From Macrostomum lignano (Eukaryota): DNA of 64,000 bases. Positions 11,054 to 24,100 of this stretch are shown in pieces (the stretch's first letter is position 1; each line of letters starts with the position of its first letter). Under the pieces are notes generated by a model. That model ran no database searches, was not told the DNA's origin, and worked only from the letters and a program-made list of their open reading frames with translations. The position numbers and the translations under genes are program-made. The stretch covers positions 1 through 64,000 of the forward strand of contig NIVC01001901.1 in the NCBI GenBank assembly GCA_002269645.1, written 5' to 3'.

Positions 11054-11416
11054 GGGAGGCCGTAGCCTTTGTGTGCCAGCGGCCCAGGCTCGATTCCAAG
11101 TGCAGTCGCATGAATCCTATATACTAAAATTTGGGGCTAAATTTGAATCTCGGCTTGGCTCTGCTCGTGCAATTAACGGCCTTGAGGCCCAACCCCCAAG
11201 GCACAGTGAAGTGTACATGCCTAACGATAAATAAAGTCAGGGCCGCTGTACACTCCTGTGTGAGTGCCTGTGCGTATGACTGCGTACGTATCCGCGCGCT
11301 TGTGTGCCTGCTCAGGGGAGTCGGCGGAATGGGCAGTAATGCCTCTCGTCGGTTGTGTGTCTATGTCGCTTAAAGTGCGCCAGGGTGCACACAGCCCCCT
11401 GACTCTAGTAAAAGAA
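11054..11416 (+). mobile_element. tRNA-derived SINE, family A, copy 1 (head partly deleted)
   Basis: B-box-like GGCTCGATTCC, a body nearly identical to 43549-43918 and to the reverse complement of 46847-47205, and an A-rich tail. Confidence 0.8.
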
Positions 11417-11448
11417 TAGATCGAAGCCATAATCCATATTTGCATGGA

Positions 11449-11714
11449 TACCAGCCCTTCAATCCCTGCATCAATGCCAGCCCTTCAATCCCTGCATCAA
11501 TGCCAGCCCTTCAATCCCTGCATCAATGCCAGCCCTTCAATCCCTGCATCAATGCCAGCCCTTCAATCCCTGCATCAATGCCAGCCCTTCAATCCCTGCA
11601 TCAATGCCAGCCCTTCAATCCCTGCATCAATGCCAGCCCTTCAATCCCTGCATCAATGCCAGCCCTTCAATCCCTGCATCAATGCCAACCCTTCAATCCT
11701 TGCATCAATGCCAG
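11449..11714. repeat. 26-bp minisatellite CAGCCCTTCAATCCCTGCATCAATGC, about 10 copies
   Basis: Period 26 (11461, 11487, ...). Confidence 0.95.
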
Positions 11715-12387
11715 CTCACAACACGGCCATCCCTGATTAGTCCGACGCCACCTCCACCAAAAGAGAGCTCGCACCCAGCTGTTATTCCCTGCAAAATTGC
11801 TGCATGCAAACTCCAGTTCGCTTCACGCTTTTGATAAACGCATTTATCGAAAATTTCTGATTTAATTGAGGCAAAATTGTATTTAGCAAAGCCATCTCTC
11901 GATATTAATTGTCTGTACAATATAAAGATTCGAGGGAGAGATTTGGCAGGCAAGCCAATTACTTTGCCGTCGTGAAATTGGGCTATTTTTCCAAGTCCAT
12001 TTCCCTCTTTTTATCTCCTCTCAACAGCGTGCCCACTTGTTGTTTACCATGTAGGAATATTTCACCCGCCACTCAGCAACCCGGCCTTCTCCCATAGCTG
12101 GAGTGAGCTGAATACCTAAAATATTCTCGGAAATTCTAACTGAAAAATGTGTTCATTGAAATGCTGTGGAACAGGGAGGGGGAGGAGGCTAAAGACTAAT
12201 GAGAACCGGCTGCTGCTGGTGCCGATGCATCATTTTAATCAGTCGGCTGGCCTCACGGGCCACCCGCTCACCCGCCACCCCTAGGGCAACTACTCTGCTA
12301 TAGATTTCGTTGCAGCGTTAGTGTTCCTCCACACTAAACATTAATTACTTGCTTGAGCAAGGGGACCAAACAGAAATTTAGTGGTTC

Positions 12388-12821
<434 letters not shown>

Positions 12822-13401
12822 AAGATGATAAATTATAAAAATAAAAAGACAATTATAAAAAGTTTCACGCACAATCTCTACGTAAAAAAGAAGGCGGAGC
12901 CTCGAGGGGTCGTGACCCGAGCGTCTGATGAAGCCAACGAAGGCTGGAGAATGTTGAGCTGTAAAAATTACAGATAGGCAAATTTTTTCCCACACGAACT
13001 TTCATTAAGATGAGAGCAACATTTCTCTCGCTGATAGAGTTATTTTTTCCAGATTTAATAAGGCATCAAGGATTACAAATAAAAAGTGAAGCTGGGGAGA
13101 CATGCAGAGATAGGCAGGATCGCAGAAATGGATCGGCAGACAGAATCGTTGCGAGAGAACAGGAGAGAACAAGCAGAAAACAGAGCAGCCAAGCCGTCGT
13201 GTGCACGCACTCAGTCTCTGCCCTCCATCCCCCCGCTGGGAGTCTTGCACGTGACTCCGGGTGAGGATGTAAAATAACTCTATTGAAATCATGCACGGCT
13301 GATTGCCATTCTCCGTATATTTTCATCTCAGAAATGAATTCAAATCTTCTTCAAAAACGATGGCTGTGTCACGGGTTCGCGGACAAGGCAGAGTGCAGCA
13401 T

Positions 13402-13638
13402 CCGATCAGACCCTTCACTCCCTGCATCCTATCAGACTCTTCACTCCCTGCATCCGATCAGACTCTTCACTCCCTACATCCTATCAGACCCTTCACTCCC
13501 TGCATCTTATCAGACCCTTCACTCCCTGCATCTTATCAGACCCTTCACTCCCTGCATCCTATCAGACCCTTCACTCCCTGCATCCTATCAGACCCTTCAC
13601 TCCCTGCATCCTATCAGACCCTTCAATCCCTGCATCCT
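13402..13638. repeat. 26-bp minisatellite CAGACCCTTCACTCCCTGCATCCTAT, about 9 copies
   Basis: Period 26 (13441, 13467, ...). Confidence 0.95.
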
Positions 13639-13954
13639 ATTGATGCTATTAGTTAAAATGTAATTTTTTTAGTAAAGAAAATCAGTTAACAGTTTTCAGT
13701 ACCAGTTATTGGAGGCAAAACGAATAAAAAGTAAGGCGTTGACTGACAGCCAGAAGGTCACGTGGTGTCTTTTTATAAAAATTTTCAATTGGAAGGCAGA
13801 GATGATTTACTCATAGTTCAATCCTAATTAAAATGTCTCCAGCATTGGATCTGACTATCCTGTGGATTATTTGGCACGTGTTCCAGAGAATGGCAATGAG
13901 TTCTTTCATTCTAAACGGTGGAGAGTTCATTAGTCTAGCATCCACACGAACCCT

Positions 13955-14323
13955 ATCCTATCCTCCCTGCATTAATACCGACCCTACCCTCCCTGCATTA
14001 ATACCGACCCTACCCTCCCTGCATTAATACCGACCCTACCCTCCCTGCAGAAATACCGACCCTACCCTCCCTGCAGAAATACCGACCCTACCCTCCCTGC
14101 AGAAATACCGACCCTACCCTCCCTGCAGAAATACCGACCCTACCCTCCCTGCAGAAATACCGACCCTACCCTCCCTGCAGAAATACCGACCCTACCCTCC
14201 CTGCAGAAATACCGACCCTACCCTCCCTGCAGAAATACCGACCCTACCCTCCCTGCAGAAATACCGACCCTACCCTCCCTGCAGAAATACCGACCCTACC
14301 CTCCCTGCAGAAATACCGACCCT
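13955..14323. repeat. 26-bp minisatellite CCGACCCTACCCTCCCTGCAGAAATA, about 14 copies
   Basis: Period 26 (14041, 14067, ...). Confidence 0.95.
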
Positions 14324-15145
14324 GTTGTTGTTGTTTCACCCACGCCATACAATATATCCGAGTATAGTCTGTGCAATAAGTAGCGTCAATCAATGCAGAC
14401 AGGATTCTCTAGTCTGGCTCCCATAAATTACGGCAGCAGTAGCATCCTAATATTAACACAGTCTGAGGCATACTATACTGATCGTGAGTATAGACTCAAG
14501 AATTGATTCCAGGATTAGAGGACAGAAAGGATGTGAGAGGAGGATGTAGATGATTAAAGTAAGGAGAGTTCAGGTCAGGCCAAGGTAATGTTAGGCACTC
14601 AGACAGAATTGTAATCGATGATGGCGCCCGTGTCCCGTAAAGGAAGCTGTGTTTTGACTGTCTCCTCACGTAAAACTCCTCTCTCCTCTCGCCAGTTTGC
14701 ATAGCGGGCTTTAATGTCTGGCCTGCATGTCCTCACGTGACCCCAGGCTAAGCCGGCGTTGGCGAGACCGAGGCCGGGGTGGGGGAAGAGGCTGCAGCCC
14801 AGACCCGCATCTCCCATTCTACACTTCTACACTTTATAGCAATAGAAAACATTACCAATTCCCATATTAGGAACATTATTTAGAGAGAGGGGAAGAGAGG
14901 AACCATCAGGCTTAGGGGGAGTGCACTTCGGGACTGGGATATCGCCTCCTATGCATAATACAGCCTGCATAGTATAGGAAGTTGAATCTAATTTAGCCAG
15001 ACTCTGGTCCTCAGAGAAATCTCTTAACCTCTATGAACAGGGGGAATAGATAGATCTTCTCACAGTGTATATTCACTGATTGCAGATCTGCTTATCCATA
15101 AGATATAATAAGTCATATATTTAATCTGTAATTTAACGGACTGAT

Positions 15146-18100
15146 GTAGAGAGTAGACTGAGATGTAGACTGAAGTAGAGAGTAGACTGAGATGTAGACT
15201 GAAGTAGAGAGTAGACTGAGATGTAGACTGAAGTAGAGAGTCAAGTGAGGTGTAGACAGAAGTAGAGACTAGAGTGAGATGTAGACTGAAGTAGAGAGTA
15301 AAGTGAGGTGTAGACAGAAGTAGAGACTAGAGTGAGATGTAGACTGAAGTAGAGAGTAAAGTGAGGTGTAGACAGAAGTAGAGAGTAAAGTGAGGTGTAG
15401 ACAGAAGTAGAGACTAGAGTGAGATGTAGACTGAAGTAGAGAGTAAAGTGAGGTGTAGACAGAAGTAGAGAGTAAAGTGAGGTGTAGACAGAAGTAGAGA
15501 GTCAAGTGAGGTGTAGACAGAAGTAGAGACTAGAGTGAGATGTAGACAGAAGTAGAGAGTAAAGTGAGGTGTAGACAGAAGTAGAGAGTAAAGTGAGGTG
15601 TAGACAGAAGTAGAGACTAGAGTGAGATGTAGACTGAAGTAGAGAGTAAAGTGAGGTGTAGACAGAAGTAGAGAGTAAAGTGAGGTGTAGACAGAAGTAG
15701 AGAGTAAAGTGAGGTGTAGACAGAAGTAGAGACTAGAGTGAGATGTAGACTGAAGTAGAGAGTAAAGTGAGGTGTAGACAGAAGTAGAGACTAGAGTGAG
15801 GTGTAGACAGAAGTAGAGAGTAAAGTGAGGTGTAGACAGAAGTAGAGAGTAAAGTGAGGTGTAGACAGAAGTAGAGAGTAAAGTGAGGTGTAGACAGAAG
15901 TAGAGACTAGAGTGAGATGTAGACTGAAGTAGAGAGTAAAGTGAGGTGTAGACAGAAGTAGAGAGTAAAGTGAGGTGTAGACAGAAGTAGAGAGTAAAGT
16001 GAGGTGTAGACAGAAGTAGAGAGTAAAGTGAGGTGTAGACAGAAGTAGAGACTAGAGTGAGATGTAGACAGAAGTAGAGAGTCAAGTGAGGTGTAGACAG
16101 AAATAGAGAGTAAAGTGAGGTGTAGACAGAAGTAGAGAGTAAAGTGAGGTGTAGACAGAAGTAGAGAGTAAAGTGAGGTGTAGACAGAAGTAGAGACTAG
16201 AGTGAGGTGTAGACAGAAGTAGAGAGTAAAGTGAGGTGTAGACAGAAGTAGAGAGTAAAGTGAGGTGTAGACAGAAATAGAGAGTAAAGTGAGGTGTAGA
16301 CAGAAGTAGAGAGTAAAGTGAGGTGTAGACTGAAGTAGAGAGTAAAGTGAGGTGTAGACAGAAGTAGAGAGTAAAGTGAGGTGTAGACAGAAATAGAGAG
16401 TAAAGTGAGGTGTAGACAGAAGTAGAGAGTAAAGTGAGGTGTAGACAGAAGTAGAGAGTAAAGTGAGGTGTAGACAGAAGTAGAGAGTAAAGTGAGGTGT
16501 AGACAGAAGTAGAGAGTAAAGTGAGGTGTAGACAGAAGTAGAGAGTAAAGTGAGGTGTAGACAGAAGTAGAGAGTAAAGTGAGGTGTAGACAGAAGTAGA
16601 GAGTAAAGTGAGGTGTAGACAGAAGTAGAGAGTAAAGTGAGGTGTAGACAGAAGTAGAGAGTAAAGTGAGGTGTAGACAGAAGTAGAGAGTAAAGTGAGG
16701 TGTAGACAGAAATAGAGAGTAAAGTGAGGTGTAGACAGAAATAGAGAGTAAAGTGAGGTGTAGACAGAAGTAGAGAGTAAAGTGAGGTGTAGACAGAAGT
16801 AGAGAGTAAAGTGAGGTGTAGACAGAAGTAGAGAGTAAAGTGAGGTGTAGACAGAAATAGAGAGTAAAGTGAGGTGTAGACAGAAGTAGAGAGTAAAGTG
16901 AGGTGTAGACAGAAGTAGAGAGTAAAGTGAGGTGTAGACAGAAGTAGAGACTAGAGTGAGATGTAGACTGAAGTAGAGAGTAAAGTGAGGTGTAGACAGA
17001 AGTAGAGAGTAAAGTGAGGTGTAGACAGAAGTAGAGAGTAAAGTGAGGTGTAGACAGAAGTAGAGAGTAAAGTGAGGTGTAGACAGAAGTAGAGAGTAAA
17101 GTGAGGTGTAGACAGAAGTAGAGAGTAAAGTGAGGTGTAGACAGAAGTAGAGAGTAAAGTGAGGTGTAGACAGAAGTAGAGAGTAAAGTGAGGTGTAGAC
17201 AGAAGTAGAGAGTAAAGTGAGGTGTAGACAGAAGTAGAGAGTAAAGTGAGGTGTAGACAGAAGTAGAGAGTAAAGTGAGGTGTAGACAGAAGTAGAGAGT
17301 AAAGTGAGGTGTAGACAGAAGTAGAGAGTAAAGTGAGGTGTAGACAGAAGTAGAGAGTAAAGTGAGGTGTAGACAGAAGTAGAGAGTAAAGTGAGGTGTA
17401 GACAGAAGTAGAGAGTAAAGTGAGGTGTAGACAGAAGTAGAGAGTAAAGTGAGGTGTAGACAGAAATAGAGAGTAAAGTGAGGTGTAGACAGAAGTAGAG
17501 AGTAAGTGAGGTGTAGACAGAAGTAGAGAGTAAAGTGAGGTGTAGACAGAAGTAGAGAGTAAAGTGAGGTGTAGACAGAAGTAGAGAGTAAAGTGAGGTG
17601 TAGACAGAAGTAGAGAGTAAAGTGAGGTGTAGACAGAAGTAGAGAGTAAGTGAGGTGTAGACAGAAGTAGAGAGTAAAGTGAGATGTAGACTGAAGTAGA
17701 GAGTAAAGTGAGGTGTAGACAGAAGTAGAGAGTAAAGTGAGGTGTAGACAGAAGTAGAGAGTAAAGTGAGGTGTAGACAGAAGTAGAGAGTAAAGTGAGG
17801 TGTAGACAGAAGTAGAGAGTAAAGTGAGGTGTAGACAGAAGTAGAGAGTAAAGTGAGGTGTAGACAGAAGTAGAGAGTAAAGTGAGGTGTAGACAGAAGT
17901 AGAGAGTAAAGTGAGGTGTAGACAGAAATAGAGAGTAAAGTGAGGTGTAGACAGAAGTAGAGAGTAAAGTGAGGTGTAGACAGAAGTAGAGAGTAAAGTG
18001 AGGTGTAGACAGAAGTAGAGAGTAAAGTGAGGTGTAGACAGAAGTAGAGAGTAAAGTGAGGTGTAGACAGAAGTAGAGAGTAAAGTGAGGTGTAGACAGA

Positions 18101-21100
18101 AGTAGAGAGTAAAGTGAGGTGTAGACAGAAGTAGAGAGTAAAGTGAGGTGTAGACAGAAGTAGAGAGTAAAGTGAGGTGTAGACAGAAGTAGAGAGTAAA
18201 GTGAGGTGTAGACAGAAGTAGAGAGTAAAGTGAGGTGTAGACAGAAGTAGAGAGTAAAGTGAGGTGTAGACAGAAGTAGAGAGTAAAGTGAGGTGTAGAC
18301 AGAAGTAGAGAGTAAAGTGAGGTGTAGACAGAAGTAGAGAGTAAAGTGAGGTGTAGACAGAAGTAGAGAGTAAAGTGAGGTGTAGACAGAAGTAGAGAGT
18401 AAAGTGAGGTGTAGACAGAAGTAGAGAGTAAAGTGAGGTGTAGACAGAAGTAGAGAGTAAAGTGAGGTGTAGACAGAAGTAGAGAGTAAAGTGAGGTGTA
18501 GACAGAAGTAGAGAGTAAAGTGAGGTGTAGACAGAAGTAGAGAGTAAAGTGAGGTGTAGACAGAAGTAGAGAGTAAAGTGAGGTGTAGACAGAAGTAGAG
18601 AGTAAAGTGAGGTGTAGACAGAAGTAGAGAGTAAAGTGAGGTGTAGACAGAAGTAGAGAGTAAAGTGAGGTGTAGACAGAAGTAGAGAGTAAAGTGAGGT
18701 GTAGACAGAAGTAGAGAGTAAAGTGAGGTGTAGACAGAAGTAGAGAGTAAAGTGAGGTGTAGACAGAAGTAGAGAGTAAAGTGAGGTGTAGACAGAAGTA
18801 GAGAGTAAAGTGAGGTGTAGACAGAAGTAGAGAGTAAAGTGAGGTGTAGACAGAAGTAGAGAGTAAAGTGAGGTGTAGACAGAAGTAGAGAGTAAAGTGA
18901 GGTGTAGACAGAAGTAGAGAGTAAAGTGAGGTGTAGACAGAAGTAGAGAGTAAAGTGAGGTGTAGACAGAAGTAGAGAGTAAAGTGAGGTGTAGACAGAA
19001 GTAGAGAGTAAAGTGAGGTGTAGACAGAAGTAGAGAGTAAAGTGAGGTGTAGACAGAAGTAGAGAGTAAAGTGAGGTGTAGACAGAAGTAGAGAGTAAAG
19101 TGAGGTGTAGACAGAAGTAGAGAGTAAAGTGAGGTGTAGACAGAAGTAGAGAGTAAAGTGAGGTGTAGACAGAAGTAGAGAGTAAAGTGAGGTGTAGACA
19201 GAAGTAGAGAGTAAAGTGAGGTGTAGACAGAAGTAGAGAGTAAAGTGAGGTGTAGACAGAAGTAGAGAGTAAAGTGAGGTGTAGACAGAAGTAGAGAGTA
19301 AAGTGAGGTGTAGACAGAAGTAGAGAGTAAAGTGAGGTGTAGACAGAAGTAGAGAGTAAAGTGAGGTGTAGACAGAAGTAGAGAGTAAAGTGAGGTGTAG
19401 ACAGAAGTAGAGAGTAAAGTGAGGTGTAGACAGAAGTAGAGAGTAAAGTGAGGTGTAGACAGAAGTAGAGAGTAAAGTGAGGTGTAGACAGAAGTAGAGA
19501 GTAAAGTGAGGTGTAGACAGAAGTAGAGAGTAAAGTGAGGTGTAGACAGAAGTAGAGAGTAAAGTGAGGTGTAGACAGAAGTAGAGAGTAAAGTGAGGTG
19601 TAGACAGAAGTAGAGAGTAAAGTGAGGTGTAGACAGAAGTAGAGAGTAAAGTGAGGTGTAGACAGAAGTAGAGAGTAAAGTGAGGTGTAGACAGAAGTAG
19701 AGAGTAAAGTGAGGTGTAGACAGAAGTAGAGAGTAAAGTGAGGTGTAGACAGAAGTAGAGAGTAAAGTGAGGTGTAGACAGAAGTAGAGAGTAAAGTGAG
19801 GTGTAGACAGAAGTAGAGAGTAAAGTGAGGTGTAGACAGAAGTAGAGAGTAAAGTGAGGTGTAGACAGAAGTAGAGAGTAAAGTGAGGTGTAGACAGAAG
19901 TAGAGAGTAAAGTGAGGTGTAGACAGAAGTAGAGAGTAAAGTGAGGTGTAGACAGAAGTAGAGAGTAAAGTGAGGTGTAGACAGAAGTAGAGAGTAAAGT
20001 GAGGTGTAGACAGAAGTAGAGAGTAAAGTGAGGTGTAGACAGAAGTAGAGAGTAAAGTGAGGTGTAGACAGAAGTAGAGAGTAAAGTGAGGTGTAGACAG
20101 AAGTAGAGAGTAAAGTGAGGTGTAGACAGAAGTAGAGAGTAAAGTGAGGTGTAGACAGAAGTAGAGAGTAAAGTGAGGTGTAGACAGAAGTAGAGAGTAA
20201 AGTGAGGTGTAGACAGAAGTAGAGAGTAAAGTGAGGTGTAGACAGAAGTAGAGAGTAAAGTGAGGTGTAGACAGAAGTAGAGAGTAAAGTGAGGTGTAGA
20301 CAGAAGTAGAGAGTAAAGTGAGGTGTAGACAGAAGTAGAGAGTAAAGTGAGGTGTAGACAGAAGTAGAGAGTAAAGTGAGGTGTAGACAGAAGTAGAGAG
20401 TAAAGTGAGGTGTAGACAGAAGTAGAGAGTAAAGTGAGGTGTAGACAGAAGTAGAGAGTAAAGTGAGGTGTAGACAGAAGTAGAGAGTAAAGTGAGGTGT
20501 AGACAGAAGTAGAGAGTAAAGTGAGGTGTAGACAGAAGTAGAGAGTAAAGTGAGGTGTAGACAGAAGTAGAGAGTAAAGTGAGGTGTAGACAGAAGTAGA
20601 GAGTAAAGTGAGGTGTAGACAGAAGTAGAGAGTAAAGTGAGGTGTAGACAGAAGTAGAGAGTAAAGTGAGGTGTAGACAGAAGTAGAGAGTAAAGTGAGG
20701 TGTAGACAGAAGTAGAGAGTAAAGTGAGGTGTAGACAGAAGTAGAGAGTAAAGTGAGGTGTAGACAGAAGTAGAGAGTAAAGTGAGGTGTAGACAGAAGT
20801 AGAGAGTAAAGTGAGGTGTAGACAGAAGTAGAGAGTAAAGTGAGGTGTAGACAGAAGTAGAGAGTAAAGTGAGGTGTAGACAGAAGTAGAGAGTAAAGTG
20901 AGGTGTAGACAGAAGTAGAGAGTAAAGTGAGGTGTAGACAGAAGTAGAGAGTAAAGTGAGGTGTAGACAGAAGTAGAGAGTAAAGTGAGGTGTAGACAGA
21001 AGTAGAGAGTAAAGTGAGGTGTAGACAGAAGTAGAGAGTAAAGTGAGGTGTAGACAGAAGTAGAGAGTAAAGTGAGGTGTAGACAGAAGTAGAGAGTAAA

Positions 21101-24100
21101 GTGAGGTGTAGACAGAAGTAGAGAGTAAAGTGAGGTGTAGACAGAAGTAGAGAGTAAAGTGAGGTGTAGACAGAAGTAGAGAGTAAAGTGAGGTGTAGAC
21201 AGAAGTAGAGAGTAAAGTGAGGTGTAGACAGAAGTAGAGAGTAAAGTGAGGTGTAGACAGAAGTAGAGAGTAAAGTGAGGTGTAGACAGAAGTAGAGAGT
21301 AAAGTGAGGTGTAGACAGAAGTAGAGAGTAAAGTGAGGTGTAGACAGAAGTAGAGAGTAAAGTGAGGTGTAGACAGAAGTAGAGAGTAAAGTGAGGTGTA
21401 GACAGAAGTAGAGAGTAAAGTGAGGTGTAGACAGAAGTAGAGAGTAAAGTGAGGTGTAGACAGAAGTAGAGAGTAAAGTGAGGTGTAGACAGAAGTAGAG
21501 AGTAAAGTGAGGTGTAGACAGAAGTAGAGAGTAAAGTGAGGTGTAGACAGAAGTAGAGAGTAAAGTGAGGTGTAGACAGAAGTAGAGAGTAAAGTGAGGT
21601 GTAGACAGAAGTAGAGAGTAAAGTGAGGTGTAGACAGAAGTAGAGAGTAAAGTGAGGTGTAGACAGAAGTAGAGAGTAAAGTGAGGTGTAGACAGAAGTA
21701 GAGAGTAAAGTGAGGTGTAGACAGAAGTAGAGAGTAAAGTGAGGTGTAGACAGAAGTAGAGAGTAAAGTGAGGTGTAGACAGAAGTAGAGAGTAAAGTGA
21801 GGTGTAGACAGAAGTAGAGAGTAAAGTGAGGTGTAGACAGAAGTAGAGAGTAAAGTGAGGTGTAGACAGAAGTAGAGAGTAAAGTGAGGTGTAGACAGAA
21901 GTAGAGAGTAAAGTGAGGTGTAGACAGAAGTAGAGAGTAAAGTGAGGTGTAGACAGAAGTAGAGAGTAAAGTGAGGTGTAGACAGAAGTAGAGAGTAAAG
22001 TGAGGTGTAGACAGAAGTAGAGAGTAAAGTGAGGTGTAGACAGAAGTAGAGAGTAAAGTGAGGTGTAGACAGAAGTAGAGAGTAAAGTGAGGTGTAGACA
22101 GAAGTAGAGAGTAAAGTGAGGTGTAGACAGAAGTAGAGAGTAAAGTGAGGTGTAGACAGAAGTAGAGAGTAAAGTGAGGTGTAGACAGAAGTAGAGAGTA
22201 AAGTGAGGTGTAGACAGAAGTAGAGAGTAAAGTGAGGTGTAGACAGAAGTAGAGAGTAAAGTGAGGTGTAGACAGAAGTAGAGAGTAAAGTGAGGTGTAG
22301 ACAGAAGTAGAGAGTAAAGTGAGGTGTAGACAGAAGTAGAGAGTAAAGTGAGGTGTAGACAGAAGTAGAGAGTAAAGTGAGGTGTAGACAGAAGTAGAGA
22401 GTAAAGTGAGGTGTAGACAGAAGTAGAGAGTAAAGTGAGGTGTAGACAGAAGTAGAGAGTAAAGTGAGGTGTAGACAGAAGTAGAGAGTAAAGTGAGGTG
22501 TAGACAGAAGTAGAGAGTAAAGTGAGGTGTAGACAGAAGTAGAGAGTAAAGTGAGGTGTAGACAGAAGTAGAGAGTAAAGTGAGGTGTAGACAGAAGTAG
22601 AGAGTAAAGTGAGGTGTAGACAGAAGTAGAGAGTAAAGTGAGGTGTAGACAGAAGTAGAGAGTAAAGTGAGGTGTAGACAGAAGTAGAGAGTAAAGTGAG
22701 GTGTAGACAGAAGTAGAGAGTAAAGTGAGGTGTAGACAGAAGTAGAGAGTAAAGTGAGGTGTAGACAGAAGTAGAGAGTAAAGTGAGGTGTAGACAGAAG
22801 TAGAGAGTAAAGTGAGGTGTAGACAGAAGTAGAGAGTAAAGTGAGGTGTAGACAGAAGTAGAGAGTAAAGTGAGGTGTAGACAGAAGTAGAGAGTAAAGT
22901 GAGGTGTAGACAGAAGTAGAGAGTAAAGTGAGGTGTAGACAGAAGTAGAGAGTAAAGTGAGGTGTAGACAGAAGTAGAGAGTAAAGTGAGGTGTAGACAG
23001 AAGTAGAGAGTAAAGTGAGGTGTAGACAGAAGTAGAGAGTAAAGTGAGGTGTAGACAGAAGTAGAGAGTAAAGTGAGGTGTAGACAGAAGTAGAGAGTAA
23101 AGTGAGGTGTAGACAGAAGTAGAGAGTAAAGTGAGGTGTAGACAGAAGTAGAGAGTAAAGTGAGGTGTAGACAGAAGTAGAGAGTAAAGTGAGGTGTAGA
23201 CAGAAGTAGAGAGTAAAGTGAGGTGTAGACAGAAGTAGAGAGTAAAGTGAGGTGTAGACAGAAGTAGAGAGTAAAGTGAGGTGTAGACAGAAGTAGAGAG
23301 TAAAGTGAGGTGTAGACAGAAGTAGAGAGTAAAGTGAGGTGTAGACAGAAGTAGAGAGTAAAGTGAGGTGTAGACAGAAGTAGAGAGTAAAGTGAGGTGT
23401 AGACAGAAGTAGAGAGTAAAGTGAGGTGTAGACAGAAGTAGAGAGTAAAGTGAGGTGTAGACAGAAGTAGAGAGTAAAGTGAGGTGTAGACAGAAGTAGA
23501 GAGTAAAGTGAGGTGTAGACAGAAGTAGAGAGTAAAGTGAGGTGTAGACAGAAGTAGAGAGTAAAGTGAGGTGTAGACAGAAGTAGAGAGTAAAGTGAGG
23601 TGTAGACAGAAGTAGAGAGTAAAGTGAGGTGTAGACAGAAGTAGAGAGTAAAGTGAGGTGTAGACAGAAGTAGAGAGTAAAGTGAGGTGTAGACAGAAGT
23701 AGAGAGTAAAGTGAGGTGTAGACAGAAGTAGAGAGTAAAGTGAGGTGTAGACAGAAGTAGAGAGTAAAGTGAGGTGTAGACAGAAGTAGAGAGTAAAGTG
23801 AGGTGTAGACAGAAGTAGAGAGTAAAGTGAGGTGTAGACAGAAGTAGAGAGTAAAGTGAGGTGTAGACAGAAGTAGAGAGTAAAGTGAGGTGTAGACAGA
23901 AGTAGAGAGTAAAGTGAGGTGTAGACAGAAGTAGAGAGTAAAGTGAGGTGTAGACAGAAGTAGAGAGTAAAGTGAGGTGTAGACAGAAGTAGAGAGTAAA
24001 GTGAGGTGTAGACAGAAGTAGAGAGTAAAGTGAGGTGTAGACAGAAGTAGAGAGTAAAGTGAGGTGTAGACAGAAGTAGAGAGTAAAGTGAGGTGTAGAC

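Noticed and set aside
12925-12950. Hammerhead-like CTGATGA-AGCC-loop-GGCT
   Set aside because: The stem is followed by GGAG rather than GAAA, and stems I and III cannot be built.
14496-15060. Possible decayed LINE 3' end on the minus strand (EETVK(H)-like and DGS-like fragments)
   Set aside because: Only scattered short motifs across frames with stops; this cannot be supported without a profile search.
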